DNA from: Actinomycetota bacterium
Lineage (GTDB): Bacteria; Actinomycetota; Acidimicrobiia; IMCC26256; BP-133
Assembly (NCBI GenBank): GCA_030838785.1
Contig: JAUZEY010000207.1
Span: 1-34,874 of the forward strand
Direction of reading: 5' to 3'
Length of the DNA stretch: 34,874 nucleotides
The translations under genes and the position numbers were made by a program. The stretch's first letter is position 1; the number at the start of each line of letters is the position of its first letter. Shown here piece by piece: positions 1 through 8,091 of the stretch. The notes under the pieces were generated by a model. It had not been told where the DNA came from, searched no databases, and saw only the letters and a program-made list of their open reading frames with translations.

Positions 1-4
1 GTCT

Positions 5-406
5 CTAACTGCTCCAGGCCTGCACGAAGGCCTCGGACAGCCCCCACCAACCGAGGTTCGTGAGCCGGCCGTGGGCGTCGATCACGTCCAGCGCCTGCCA
101 GCGCTCCACCACGGGCGTGAGGATCTCGGTGAGCTCACCCCGGTCGCCACCCTCGGCCTCGGCCACGTAGTCGGCGAGGGAGGGAGCGTCGGCCATGGTG
201 CGCGGTCCCCACAGGGTCAGGGCGGCAACGACGCACAACCAACCCGACGCCTCGAGGCCTTCTACGTCGTCGGTGACGGCGGCCACGTGGCCGAGCCAGG
301 CCTGCTCGTCGTCGGGCATCTTCGGCTTCGGCCGGTCGCCGACTTCCCCCTGGATCCCTTTCAGGACCTCGGCGGCCTCGTCGAGCCCTTCCCGTTCCAG
401 CGCCAT
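5..406 (-). CDS. Hypothetical protein, 133 aa
   Basis: ATG at 406 preceded by a purine-rich stretch (GGAAGGGG on the minus strand); protein-like composition; C-terminus GRLTNLGWWGLSEAFVQAW resembles actinobacterial hypothetical proteins. The ORF-track extension to 586 looks non-coding. Confidence 0.65.
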   Translation of the reverse strand: MALEREGLDEAAEVLKGIQGEVGDRPKPKMPDDEQAWLGHVAAVTDDVEGLEASGWLCVVAALTLWGPRTMADAPSLADYVAEAEGGDRGELTEILTPVVERWQALDVIDAHGRLTNLGWWGLSEAFVQAWSS

Positions 407-546
407 GAGCCCCTTCCCCCCCGACAGTCGGCGTCCCCAACAGTAGGGGGGCCGGGACGGGTCGGAACGGGTGTCACCACCCGGTTCCCCGGATCGGGGG
501 AGGGCTCTGGCCGCCGACTTCCGAATTTCGAAACCAAATCTCCGCC

Positions 547-600
547 GAACTGCCCGTTCTGTCCCGGTTTGCGTGATTCGTCCCACTCGCCGAATCCGGC
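547..600. repeat. Imperfect ~9-bp direct-repeat array, candidate BldC-type binding site
   Basis: GAACTGCCC/GTTCTGTCC/c/GGTTTGCGT/GATTCGTCC/CACTCGCC/GAATCCGGC in the intergenic region upstream of the 5..406 gene. Confidence 0.4.
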
Positions 601-787
601 CACATGGGGCAGAATCGTCAACCGTGGGAGAAACGACGCAAGCGAACCGTCGACCGCCGTCGGCCCGCCCGGTGCAGCCCGGGCGCCCGATGCAACCGTC
701 GCTCCGCTTCCTGGTCCGGCGAATGGCGCGTTCGCGCCGGACGCCGGGGGCCCGGTAGAGCTCAGGGGAAAACCCGGGTTCCGGGTG

Positions 788-973
788 CTACGCCCCGAGC
801 TCCTCGACCTGGGTCAGGAACCGGCGGATTTCCGCCGCCCGGAAGCGGCGGTGGCCACCGAGGGTGCGGACAGCCGAAATCTTGCCCGCACGCGCCCAGC
901 GCGTGACGGTCTTGGGGTTGACCTTGAACATCACGGCAACCTCGCTCGGCGTGAGGAGCTCGTTGTCGGCCAT
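788..973 (-). CDS. bldC: BldC-family MerR-like winged-helix DNA-binding protein, 61 aa
   Basis: LLTPSEVAVMFKVNPKTVTRWARAGKISAVRTLGGHRRF is the BldC signature; GGGAGG Shine-Dalgarno upstream of ATG 973. Confidence 0.93.
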   Translation of the reverse strand: MADNELLTPSEVAVMFKVNPKTVTRWARAGKISAVRTLGGHRRFRAAEIRRFLTQVEELGA

Positions 974-997
974 TGCAGTTGTCCTCCCAGACGTGTG

Positions 998-1042
998 GAT
1001 AGCCTCGATCAGGGTGATCGGACCAAACCGCCCGGTACTTGA
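998..1042. promoter_or_regulatory. 9-bp periodic repeats upstream of bldC, candidate autoregulatory site
   Basis: GATAGCCTC/GATCAGGGT/GATCGGACC/AAACCGCCC/GGTACTTGA directly upstream of the bldC RBS. Confidence 0.4.
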
Positions 1043-1056
1043 GGATCCGCCGGCAA

Positions 1057-1791
1057 CTATTTTTCGGCGCTGGGCAGGGACGCGACGCGGGTCCCGGCGG
1101 CGTGGCCGGTCCGGCGCCCGTCGGGCGCCACGATCCACACCTGCCGCCGGCCCTCGACCCGCCACGCCCCGTCGTCGCTGGTCAGGGCGGTGTCCTCGTC
1201 GATCCCGACCAGGGTCTGGCCGGGGGCGAGACCGGCGGCCCGGGCGGCCACGATCCCCGGCCGCCACTGCTCGATGCGGTCGAAGTGGGGGAGGACGACG
1301 AGGCCCGGCACCATCCCCAGCCCGGGCCGGGCGACGCCGGTGCGGGTGTCGTCGGCCACGGCGGTGAGGGCGCAGGCGCCGGCCGAGCACCCGGCCAGGG
1401 CGGCCCCGTCCCGCCAGGCGGCGAGGATGGCGTCCAGCACGGCGGTGCCCCGCAGGGTGTCGGCCAGGTAGCCCGGGTTCCCGCCCGACAGGTAGACGAG
1501 CCCGGCCCCGGCGACCTGAGCGGCGAGCCTCTCGTCGTCGGCGTCGCGCCGGTCCAGCACAACCAGGGGGACGGGCTCGGCGCCGAGCCGGCGGTAGTGG
1601 TCGGTCCCAAGCCGGAGCCAGTAGTCGACCCGATCGGGCCCCTCCTCCCCGGCGGCCGTCGGCAGGAACACGGCCCGGCCCGGGCGCCCGGCCAGCAGGG
1701 CGGCGTCGACCACCTCCATGGCGGGCAGGAACTCGCCGCTCCCGACCAGCGCGATCGGCCCGGCCCCGGCCGGCGAAGGCGCATCCGTCAT
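1057..1791 (-). CDS. Peptidase S51 / cyanophycinase-like (class I glutamine amidotransferase-like fold) protein
   Basis: Motifs GPIALVGSGEF, FLPTAAG, YLSGGNP, nucleophile elbow GCSAGA, PHFD and GIDEDTAL; TAGTCT -10 lies 8 nt upstream of the ATG. Confidence 0.88.
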   Translation of the reverse strand: MTDAPSPAGAGPIALVGSGEFLPAMEVVDAALLAGRPGRAVFLPTAAGEEGPDRVDYWLRLGTDHYRRLGAEPVPLVVLDRRDADDERLAAQVAGAGLVYLSGGNPGYLADTLRGTAVLDAILAAWRDGAALAGCSAGACALTAVADDTRTGVARPGLGMVPGLVVLPHFDRIEQWRPGIVAARAAGLAPGQTLVGIDEDTALTSDDGAWRVEGRRQVWIVAPDGRRTGHAAGTRVASLPSAEK

Positions 1792-1802
1792 GGGCGGGCA
1801 GA

Positions 1803-2549
1803 CTACGGCGCCACCCGACGGGCCGCGGCCAGACCTCCCGCAGGAATTCCGGAGCGGCGGGCCAGGGCGGCGACCAGGGCCGGGAGCGGGGAGCCCTGCA
1901 GCGCCTCGATCCGGGGCCGGAGAGGGAGCCGGTAGGCGAAGACACCGCCGCCGTCGGGCCGGAGGGTGGCGCCGCCCCGGGCCAGCATCCGGCGGGATGA
2001 GATGTTCTCGCCGAGGACGAGGCCCTCGAAGCGGTCGAGGCCGTGGGCCATGCCGTCGAGGACGGCGACGTCGAGCAGCAGCCCGCCGAGACCGCGCCCC
2101 TGGTAGTCGTCGATCACCGTGATGGCCAGGTCCGCCACCACCGGATCGGCGTCGGTGCGGACCCAGCGCATGACGCCGGCCCCGATCGGTCCGGCCGGCT
2201 CGTCGACCAGCGCCCCGAACGCCCGGTGGTGGAGGCCGTCCACGGCGGTGAGGAAGGCCAGCATCGAGTCGGTCAGGCGGGGGACCGGGGAGAGGAAGCG
2301 CCGGTACCGGCTCTGTTTCGACAGCCGGGCGAAGGCGGCCACCAGCAGGTCGCCGTCGCCGGGGAGGAACGGCCGGAGGGTGATGTCGGTGCCGTCGGTG
2401 AGGCGCAGGTGGCCGGCGGGGTCGACGACCATCCAGCGGTGCCCGTCGCCGTCGGCCGGTTCTTCCCGGTCCGGCCGCCAGCCCCGGGGGAGGAGCGGCC
2501 CGTCGCCCCAGGGATCGGCCGGCCTGGCGGACCCGATCGGGGGGCTCAC
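1803..2549 (-). CDS. GNAT-family N-acetyltransferase (stand-alone, Pat-like GNAT domain)
   Basis: RLSKQSRYRRFLSP, acetyl-CoA motif DDYQGRGLG, VLGEN; the GTG start overlaps the PaaI stop. Start uncertain. Confidence 0.85.
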   Translation of the reverse strand: MSPPIGSARPADPWGDGPLLPRGWRPDREEPADGDGHRWMVVDPAGHLRLTDGTDITLRPFLPGDGDLLVAAFARLSKQSRYRRFLSPVPRLTDSMLAFLTAVDGLHHRAFGALVDEPAGPIGAGVMRWVRTDADPVVADLAITVIDDYQGRGLGGLLLDVAVLDGMAHGLDRFEGLVLGENISSRRMLARGGATLRPDGGGVFAYRLPLRPRIEALQGSPLPALVAALARRSGIPAGGLAAARRVAP

Positions 2550-3004
2550 GGCGCCACCGGGGCCTTCGGGTAGAGCACCATCTGCGTGCAGCGGAAGAGG
2601 GCGAGGACCCGACCCGACCCGTCCGCGACCTCGGCGTCCCACACCTGGGTGCTCCGGCCGCCATGCACCAGCCAGGCCCGGCAGGCGATGACCTCGCCGG
2701 CCGGCGCCGTTCCCATGAAGTTCGACTTGAGCTCGAGGGTGGTGAAACCGGTCGCCCCGGCGGGGAGGGAGACCTGGCAGCCGTACCCGCACGACGTGTC
2801 GACGAGGGCGATCACCGAGGCGGCGTGGAGGAACCCGTTGGGGGCCATGTGCTTCGGCGCGATCGGGAGCCGGCTGCGGACGAGCGAAGGCTCGACCGAG
2901 TCGAACTGGAGGCCGAGCAGGCCCGGGAGGAGATCACGGCCGGCCTGCTCGAAGTCGGCGGCGGTGGCTCCTCCCGCCGAGCCGTTCCTTGCGAGTTGTG
3001 TCAT
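2546..3004 (-). CDS. PaaI-family (hotdog fold) thioesterase
   Basis: HMAPNGFLHAASVIALVDTSCGYG, FTTLELKSNF, VHGGRSTQVWDAEV. Confidence 0.92.
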   Translation of the reverse strand: MTQLARNGSAGGATAADFEQAGRDLLPGLLGLQFDSVEPSLVRSRLPIAPKHMAPNGFLHAASVIALVDTSCGYGCQVSLPAGATGFTTLELKSNFMGTAPAGEVIACRAWLVHGGRSTQVWDAEVADGSGRVLALFRCTQMVLYPKAPVAP

Positions 3005-3050
3005 GCAACGGAGTATACCGACTCCATTGCTTGATGCAACGAACTACGAT
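2995..3050. promoter_or_regulatory. Overlapping divergent leaderless promoters with two imperfect GTTGC-N5-GCAAC palindromes (probable HxlR operators)
   Basis: GTTGTGTCATGCAAC (2995-3009) and ATTGCTTGATGCAAC (3026-3040); -10 TATACT on the minus strand (3012-3017) and TACGAT on the plus strand (3045-3050), each 6-7 nt from a start codon. Confidence 0.65.
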
Positions 3051-3056
3051 GAACAT

Positions 3057-3584
3057 ATGCGTCGTACGAGCTTCGCCGGGATGAACTGTTCGGTGGCCGG
3101 GGCCCTCGAGATCGTCGGGGAGTGGTGGACGTTTCTCGTGCTGCGCGACGCCTTCCTCGGCGTGCGGCGCTTCGAAGACTTCCAGCGCCGCCTCGGCATC
3201 GCCCGCAACGTCCTCACCTCACGTCTCCAGACCCTGGTCGGCCACGGCATCCTCGAGCGCCGGCGCTACCAGGAGCGGCCGGAGCGCTACGAGTACCGCC
3301 TGACCGACAAGGGCCTGGAGCTCCACCCGATCCTGGTGTCGCTGATGCAGTGGGGCGACAAGTGGGCCGGCGTGGCCGACGCGCCCCCGATGGTGCTCGT
3401 CCACAAGGGCTGCGGACACCCGAGCGCCCCCCGCATGGTGTGCGACCACTGCGGCGACCCCGTCCACGCCCGCGACCTGCAGCCCGTCACCGGCCCCGGC
3501 TGGAACGACGGCGAGGAGCTCGCTCCCCACCTCGTCCAGTGCCGCGCCGCCCCCACGCCCACCGCCCCCACGCCCACCGCCTAG
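3057..3584 (+). CDS. HxlR-family winged-helix transcriptional regulator with C-terminal Cys/His Zn-ribbon-like motif
   Basis: MNCSVAGALEIVGEWWTFLVLRDAFLGVRRFEDF...YEYRLTDKG...LMQWGD; HKGCGH...CDHCG. Confidence 0.93.
   Translation: MRRTSFAGMNCSVAGALEIVGEWWTFLVLRDAFLGVRRFEDFQRRLGIARNVLTSRLQTLVGHGILERRRYQERPERYEYRLTDKGLELHPILVSLMQWGDKWAGVADAPPMVLVHKGCGHPSAPRMVCDHCGDPVHARDLQPVTGPGWNDGEELAPHLVQCRAAPTPTAPTPTA
3547..3581 (+). repeat. 15-bp tandem repeat (about 2.3 copies) encoding the APTPT tail
   Basis: CCGCCCCCACGCCCA twice, then CCGCC. Confidence 0.8.
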
Positions 3585-3600
3585 ACATCCCCATTAGCAG

Positions 3601-4710
3601 TCAGGGCCGACGCCGTCTCATGCCCCGAACCGGGGGGCGGTGCCGCAGGGCGGGGGAGCGGTCGGAGATCCAGGGGGCGTAGGGCGCCATCACGAATCCG
3701 GCCATGATCACCAGCACGGTGTCGTAGTTCACCCGCCAGCCCGAGAAGTCGCGCCAGGCCTGGTCCCGGTCGCCCCGGAGGGGGAGCCCGGCCGCGGCCA
3801 GGTGGTCGTAGACGGCGTCGTACTCTTCCCGGCTGATGGAGATCGGGTCGCCGGGGGAGGGTGAAGGGTCGTAGGGGATGTCGTAGAAGTCGGCGATCCG
3901 TCGCAGGGCCAGGTAGCCGCCCCGGACGCAGAGTTCCGCCGACGGGCTGCGGGCGACGTCGAGCGTGCTGGCATAGATCGACGCCGTGTCGAGCACCACT
4001 CCGGCGGCGATGATCCACGACCGTTCGGGCTGCGGGGAGCGGAAGAACGGCAGCCCGGCGAAGCTGGTGTGGGTCTCCTCGATGTCGACGAACCAGTCGA
4101 GCCACGGCCGCCAGACGTCCATCTCCATCTGGTCGAGCCCCTTGATGGCCTGGAAGCGGCTGAGCATCTCGGCCGGCGTGGGCGGTGAGCCGGCCAGGAT
4201 CGTCACCAGGGCCACCGAATGCTCCCGGCGGGAGAAGGCGCCGTACATCGACGGCAGGTAGGTGATGAGCAGGGCCAGCAGGATGAGGCCGAGCACCGCC
4301 TCGGCGAAGGCCAACACGGTCGTCGGCAGGTCGGGGGCCCGCAGGAAGCCGAGCGTGAGCAGCGACGAGCCGCTGGTCACGAAGGCGGTCCGGAGGGGCT
4401 GCACACCCAGGGCCCAGAACATGGCCGTGAACCCCACGAGCGTGAGGGCCAGCCACACCACCGGCAGCACGATGAGCGTGAGGGGGGCGTACAGGGCCAT
4501 GCCCCGGTCGCGCTCCTCGTAGGTGTCGGCGAACCGGCTCCGGAACTCGAAGAACCGCCGCATCGTGAGGAAGACGATCCGGGTCAGGCGGACGGGCACC
4601 CCCCGGGGCACGACCACCGTGCTGACGGCCGACAGGAAGACGGCCGTCGACCAGGCCAGTCCGGCGGCGAAGGCGGCGATGGCGGCCACGGTGCAACCCG
4701 GACAGTTCAC
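3601..4710 (-). CDS. Membrane protein with a 2TM/pore-loop ion-channel-like module and a cytoplasmic C-terminal domain
   Basis: Hydrophobic helices flank AFVTSGSSLLTLGF (pore-helix/filter-like), followed by LLITYLPSMYGAFSRRE and FFRSPQPERSW. The start may instead be GTG 4692. Confidence 0.72.
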   Translation of the reverse strand: MNCPGCTVAAIAAFAAGLAWSTAVFLSAVSTVVVPRGVPVRLTRIVFLTMRRFFEFRSRFADTYEERDRGMALYAPLTLIVLPVVWLALTLVGFTAMFWALGVQPLRTAFVTSGSSLLTLGFLRAPDLPTTVLAFAEAVLGLILLALLITYLPSMYGAFSRREHSVALVTILAGSPPTPAEMLSRFQAIKGLDQMEMDVWRPWLDWFVDIEETHTSFAGLPFFRSPQPERSWIIAAGVVLDTASIYASTLDVARSPSAELCVRGGYLALRRIADFYDIPYDPSPSPGDPISISREEYDAVYDHLAAAGLPLRGDRDQAWRDFSGWRVNYDTVLVIMAGFVMAPYAPWISDRSPALRHRPPVRGMRRRRP

Positions 4711-4808
4711 CTGACGCGCCCCATACCTCGACCGCCCGGCAGGCCGCGACGGGACAAACCTCGGGCCGCGGCGCAGGAAATCGAGGAAACTTGTCTAATT
4801 CTCAGGCG

Positions 4809-4839
4809 TTCCGATAAAGTCAATCGACTTGGTAGACAA
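4809..4839 (+). promoter_or_regulatory. Palindromic Rrf2/CymR-like operator upstream of the ABC operon
   Basis: TTCCGATAAAGTCAATCGACTTGGTAGACAA contains CCGAT-N7-ATCGA and AAGTC-AATC-GACTT; the operon ends in an Rrf2 gene. Confidence 0.55.
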
Positions 4840-4856
4840 CTCGGGAGGCTCCGAAG

Positions 4857-5924
4857 GTGAAGATGCATCGTCGCATGCGGACGGGCGTGGCGGTCGGCCT
4901 GCTGGCCGCGCTGGCCCTGGCCGGCTGTGGATCAGATTCCAAGAAGTCTGCCGAGGGCGGCGCCGTCAAGGGTGCCGAGAAGGTGACCCTCCGCCTCGGC
5001 TACTTCACGAACATCACCCATGCCTCGGCGCTGGTGGGTCTGGAGAAGGGCATCTTCGCCGACAAGCTCGGCCCGAACGTGACCCTGACCCCGAGCGTCT
5101 TCGCCGCCGGGCCGGCCGCCGTGGAGGCCATCTTCAGCGGCGCCATCGACGCCACCTACGTCGGGCCCAACCCGGCCATCAACGCCTTCGCCAAGAGCAA
5201 CGGTGAAGCGGTCCGGATCATCTCCGGGGCCACCTCCGGCGGAGCGTTCCTGGTGGTGAACCCGTCCATCGCCAAGCCGGCCGACCTCAAGGGCAAGAAG
5301 GTCGCCACCCCCCAGCTGGGCAACACGCAGGACGTGGCGCTGCGCAGCTGGCTCAAGGCCAACAAGCTCTCCAGCGACACCCAGGGCGGCGGTGACGTCT
5401 CGGTCGTGCCCCAGGACAACGCCCAGGCGCTGGAGGCCTTCAAGGCGGGGTCGATCGCCGGGGCCTGGGTGCCCGAGCCCTGGGCCACCCGCATGGTGCA
5501 GGAGGGCAAGGGGAAGGTCCTCGTCGACGAGAAGACCCTCTGGCCCGGCGGGCAGTTCGTGACCACCCAGCTCATGGTGCGGACCGCGTTCCTGAAGGAC
5601 CACCCGGACGTCGTCCAGCACCTCCTCGAGGGCCAGGTGGCGGCCACCGACTTCCTCAACGCCAACCCGGCCGAGGCCAAGACGCTGGCCAACCAGGCCA
5701 TCCAGAAGGTGGCCGGGAAGGCCCTGCCCCAGGCCGTCCTCGACGCCGCCTGGCCCAACATGACCTTCACCAACGACCCCATCGCCGCCAGCCTCCGCAA
5801 GGGCGCCGACAACGCCAAGGCCGTCGGTCTCCTCGACGCCGGCACCAAGCTCGACGGGATCTACGACCTGACGCTGCTGAACAAGGTCCTGAAGGCGGCC
5901 GGCAAGCCGGAGGTGAAGTCGTGA
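4857..5924 (+). CDS. ssuA: Aliphatic sulfonate/nitrate-type ABC transporter substrate-binding lipoprotein
   Basis: Lipobox LAGC; LRLGYFTNITHA, YVGPNPAIN, ATPQLGNTQDVALR, AWVPEPWA. Confidence 0.88.
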   Translation: MKMHRRMRTGVAVGLLAALALAGCGSDSKKSAEGGAVKGAEKVTLRLGYFTNITHASALVGLEKGIFADKLGPNVTLTPSVFAAGPAAVEAIFSGAIDATYVGPNPAINAFAKSNGEAVRIISGATSGGAFLVVNPSIAKPADLKGKKVATPQLGNTQDVALRSWLKANKLSSDTQGGGDVSVVPQDNAQALEAFKAGSIAGAWVPEPWATRMVQEGKGKVLVDEKTLWPGGQFVTTQLMVRTAFLKDHPDVVQHLLEGQVAATDFLNANPAEAKTLANQAIQKVAGKALPQAVLDAAWPNMTFTNDPIAASLRKGADNAKAVGLLDAGTKLDGIYDLTLLNKVLKAAGKPEVKS

Positions 5925-6724
5925 GTGCGCTCCGTCTGAGCCCGGGGCGCGCCGCCGAGACCACCTCGGCTCCCGCCCCCGGCAGCCCGGCCATCTCGGT
6001 CGACGCCGTGACCAAGGTCTACGGGCCCCGGGGCAACCACACCTTCGCCCTCGACCGCATCTCCCTCGAGGTGGCCCCGGGCGAGTTCTGCTGCCTGGTC
6101 GGCGCCTCCGGCTGCGGCAAGAGCACGCTCCTCAACCTGCTGGCCGGGCTCGACTCGCCGGCCGCCGGCACGGTGGCGGTCCACGGCCGTACCTCGCTCA
6201 TGTTCCAGGAGTCGGCGCTGTTCCCCTGGCTGTCGGTGCGGGGCAACATCAACCTGGCCCTGCGGCTGGCCGGCGTCCCCAAGGGCGAGCGCTACGACCG
6301 GGCCAGTGAGCTGCTCCGCATGGTGCGGCTCAAGGGCTTCGGCGGCAAGCGGCCCCACGAGCTCTCCGGCGGCATGCGCCAGCGGGTGGCGCTGGCCCGG
6401 TCCCTGGCCCAGAACGCCTCCGTCCTCCTCATGGACGAGCCGTTCGGCGCCCTCGACGCCATCACCCGCGACCTGCTCCACGACGAGCTCGAGCGGGTGT
6501 GGCAGGAGACCGGCCTGTCGGTCGTGTTCGTGACCCACAACGTGCGGGAGGCCGTCCGCCTCGGCGACCGGGTGCTGGTGCTGTCGAGCCGCCCCGGCCG
6601 CGTCGTCGACGAGTTCCCCGTCGACATCCCCCGTCCCCGTCGCCTCGACGACGCCGAGGTGTCCTCCCTGTCCGGCACCATCACGGACCGTCTCCGCCAG
6701 GAGGTGCGCCGCCATGGCGCTTGA
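5921..6724 (+). CDS. ssuB: Sulfonate/nitrate ABC transporter ATP-binding protein
   Basis: Walker A GASGCGKS, signature LSGGMRQR, Walker B LLMDEPFGALD, VTH; GTGA overlap with the upstream gene. Confidence 0.92.
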   Translation: MSALRLSPGRAAETTSAPAPGSPAISVDAVTKVYGPRGNHTFALDRISLEVAPGEFCCLVGASGCGKSTLLNLLAGLDSPAAGTVAVHGRTSLMFQESALFPWLSVRGNINLALRLAGVPKGERYDRASELLRMVRLKGFGGKRPHELSGGMRQRVALARSLAQNASVLLMDEPFGALDAITRDLLHDELERVWQETGLSVVFVTHNVREAVRLGDRVLVLSSRPGRVVDEFPVDIPRPRRLDDAEVSSLSGTITDRLRQEVRRHGA

Positions 6725-7616
6725 GATCCAGGATCCCCCCGTCCTGAGTGACCGGGAGGCCGAGATCGCCGGCCTCGACGCCCTCGACGTCCCCCTCGCC
6801 TCGGCCCGGGGCAAGCTGGCCCGGGCCTGGGAGGGCCTGTGGCCCAAGCTGACCGCCCTGGGGCTGTTCCTGTTCGCCTGGCAGGCCATCGTCTGGTCCC
6901 ACTGGAAGCCGGACTACGTCCTGCCCGGCCCCATGACGGTGCTGAACAAGATGTGGCACGACCTCGTCGACACCGGCGGTGCCGCCGGGCCGCACGTCCT
7001 GCTCCACGCCGCCGGCACGACGATGCAGCGGGCCGTGGTCGGCTACGGCATGTCGGTCGTCATCGGCGTGGTCGTGGGCCTGGCCGTGTCCCGCAGCCGG
7101 ATCCTCCGGGCCGGCGTCGGGTCGATGATCACCGGCCTGCAGACCATGCCGACGATCGCCTGGCTGCCGCTGGCCGTGCTGCTGTTCAAGCTGTCCGAGA
7201 CCGCCATCACCTTCGTGGTCGTCATGGGGGCGGCGCCGGCCATCGCCAACGGCGTCATCTCCGGGGTGGACCACATCCCGCCGGTCCTGCTGCGGGCGGG
7301 CCGGGTGCTCGGGGCCAGGGGCCTCAGTGCCTACCGTTTCATCATCCTTCCCGCCGCCCTCCCGGGCCTCGTGGCCGGGCTGAAGCAGGGCTGGGCCTTC
7401 GCCTGGCGGTCCCTCATGGCCGGTGAGTTGATCGTCATCATCGCCCACAAGCCGTCGCTCGGGGTCCGGCTGCAGAACGCCCGGGACTTCTCCGACGCCC
7501 CCGGCCTCATGGCCGCCATGCTGGCCATCTTCGTCATCGGCGTCGTCATCGACTCGCTCTTCTTCGGCGTCCTCGAGCGGGGCATCCGCCGCCGCTGGGG
7601 CCTGGGCAGCCGGTAG
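6714..7616 (+). CDS. ssuC: Sulfonate/nitrate ABC transporter permease
   Basis: Six TM segments; LQTMPTIAWLPL; EAA-like RAGRVLGA; AFAWRSLMAGEL. Confidence 0.9.
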   Translation: MALEIQDPPVLSDREAEIAGLDALDVPLASARGKLARAWEGLWPKLTALGLFLFAWQAIVWSHWKPDYVLPGPMTVLNKMWHDLVDTGGAAGPHVLLHAAGTTMQRAVVGYGMSVVIGVVVGLAVSRSRILRAGVGSMITGLQTMPTIAWLPLAVLLFKLSETAITFVVVMGAAPAIANGVISGVDHIPPVLLRAGRVLGARGLSAYRFIILPAALPGLVAGLKQGWAFAWRSLMAGELIVIIAHKPSLGVRLQNARDFSDAPGLMAAMLAIFVIGVVIDSLFFGVLERGIRRRWGLGSR

Positions 7617-7624
7617 CTACGACG

Positions 7625-8080
7625 ATGCGCGAAGTCGGCATGCAAGTGACGGCCAAGGCCGAGTACGCCCTCCGGGCGGCGACGGTGCTGGCCTCGGCGG
7701 GGCCCGGGCCGGTCAAGAGCGAGACGATCGCCGACGCCGAGGACATCCCCCTGCGGTTCCTCCACAACATCCTGGCCGCCCTCACCCGGGGTGGGATCCT
7801 GACCAGCCTGCGGGGCGCCGACGGCGGCTACGAGCTCTGCCGGGACGCAGCCACGATCACCGTGGCCGACGTCATCCGGGCGGTCGAGGGGCCGTTCGCC
7901 GCCGGCGGCGGCCCCGAGATACCCACCGCAGTCTCCGGCGCCCGGCGGGAGACGCTCCGGGCCGTGTGGGCCGTCCTGCGGGCCAACGAGCGAGCCGTCC
8001 TCGAGTCGGTCACCCTGGCCGACCTGGCCGCCGGCCTCCTGCCCGAGATGACCTCGGTCGGACGGGCGCCGTCGGCCTAG
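7625..8080 (+). CDS. Rrf2-family transcriptional regulator (CymR-like, no Fe-S Cys triad)
   Basis: TAKAEYALRA, IPLRFLHNIL, SLRGADGGYEL, ITVADVIRAVEG; only one Cys. Start 7625 or 7640. Confidence 0.9.
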   Translation: MREVGMQVTAKAEYALRAATVLASAGPGPVKSETIADAEDIPLRFLHNILAALTRGGILTSLRGADGGYELCRDAATITVADVIRAVEGPFAAGGGPEIPTAVSGARRETLRAVWAVLRANERAVLESVTLADLAAGLLPEMTSVGRAPSA

Positions 8081-8091
8081 TCTGGGCCTTC

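Noticed and set aside
1057-1791. Specific cyanophycinase (cphB) call
   Set aside because: Only family-level S51 motifs are visible and no cyanophycin synthetase is nearby.
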